Below, piece by piece: positions 55,947-56,014 of a DNA stretch of 56,014 nt. Location: assembly GCA_964581025.1 (NCBI GenBank), contig CAZONA010000002.1, positions 1 through 56,014 on the forward strand. Reading direction: 5' to 3'. The notes beneath the pieces were generated by a model. That model made no database searches. It was given only the letters and a program-made list of their open reading frames with translations, and was not told the origin of the DNA. This DNA is from an uncultured Lachnospiraceae bacterium. GTDB lineage: Bacteria; Bacillota; Clostridia; Oscillospirales; CAG-272. The position numbers were made by a program, and so were the translations under genes. The first letter of the stretch is position 1. The number at the start of each line of letters is the position of its first letter.

Positions 55947-56014
55947 CTTGATGTTATATAAAAATATTTTTCCCCATCCTTATAAATTTCTTGACTTTTT
56001 TCGATCCGTATAGT

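Overview
The window has two sharply different compositional domains, plus a short third segment. All calls come from reading motifs by eye; no searches were run.

(1) nt 1 to ~22,780 is AT-rich accessory DNA. Spot counts of single 60-nt lines give roughly 28-35% G+C. It ends next to a tRNA-Trp gene, and the window starts inside it, so its left end is not seen.
- A tyrosine integrase is bracketed by perfect 23-bp inverted repeats.
- Operon A (1844-9815) encodes a TerY-like vWA protein, a PP2C phosphatase and an atypical Ser/Thr kinase (the 'TerY-P triad'), then a Ca2+-type P-type ATPase and two TerD paralogs.
- Operon B (10069-20579) encodes a transglutaminase-like Cys-His-Asp protein, a polytopic membrane protein with a Cys-rich Zn-ribbon tail, an FHA-bearing EssC-type FtsK/SpoIIIE ATPase, a YukD/EsaB-like ubiquitin-fold protein and two WXG100 proteins.
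- Operon B ends with a putative effector cassette: two small helical proteins, a 387-aa protein with an Ala/Gly/Val-rich tail that looks membrane-active, a 240-aa unknown and a DUF4176-like protein.
- Two tiny hydrophobic ORFs, a double-HTH regulator and a signal-less BspA-type LRR protein finish the island.
- No EsaA/EssA/EssB-like genes are present.

(2) ~22.8-54.8 kb is GC-rich (~50-60%) housekeeping DNA of a spore-forming Firmicute. It carries ribF, nusB, xseAB, ispA, tlyA, nadK, argR, recN, argS, yebC, cdaA, recJ, relA, dtd, spoVB, mazG, hup, yabOPQ, trxB, pgi and two S11 carboxypeptidases. Promoters are textbook SigA-type and terminators are intrinsic. I see nothing unusual there.

(3) From ~54.8 kb to the end the DNA turns AT-rich again and carries a CoiA-like nuclease-fold ORF.

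Main hypothesis: the island encodes a non-canonical type VII-like secretion system whose usual membrane partners are replaced. It is physically coupled to a vWA/kinase/PP2C/TerD/Ca2+-pump signalling module. That is the same domain logic (vWA+STK+PP2C+FHA) that gates the Pseudomonas H1 type VI secretion system.
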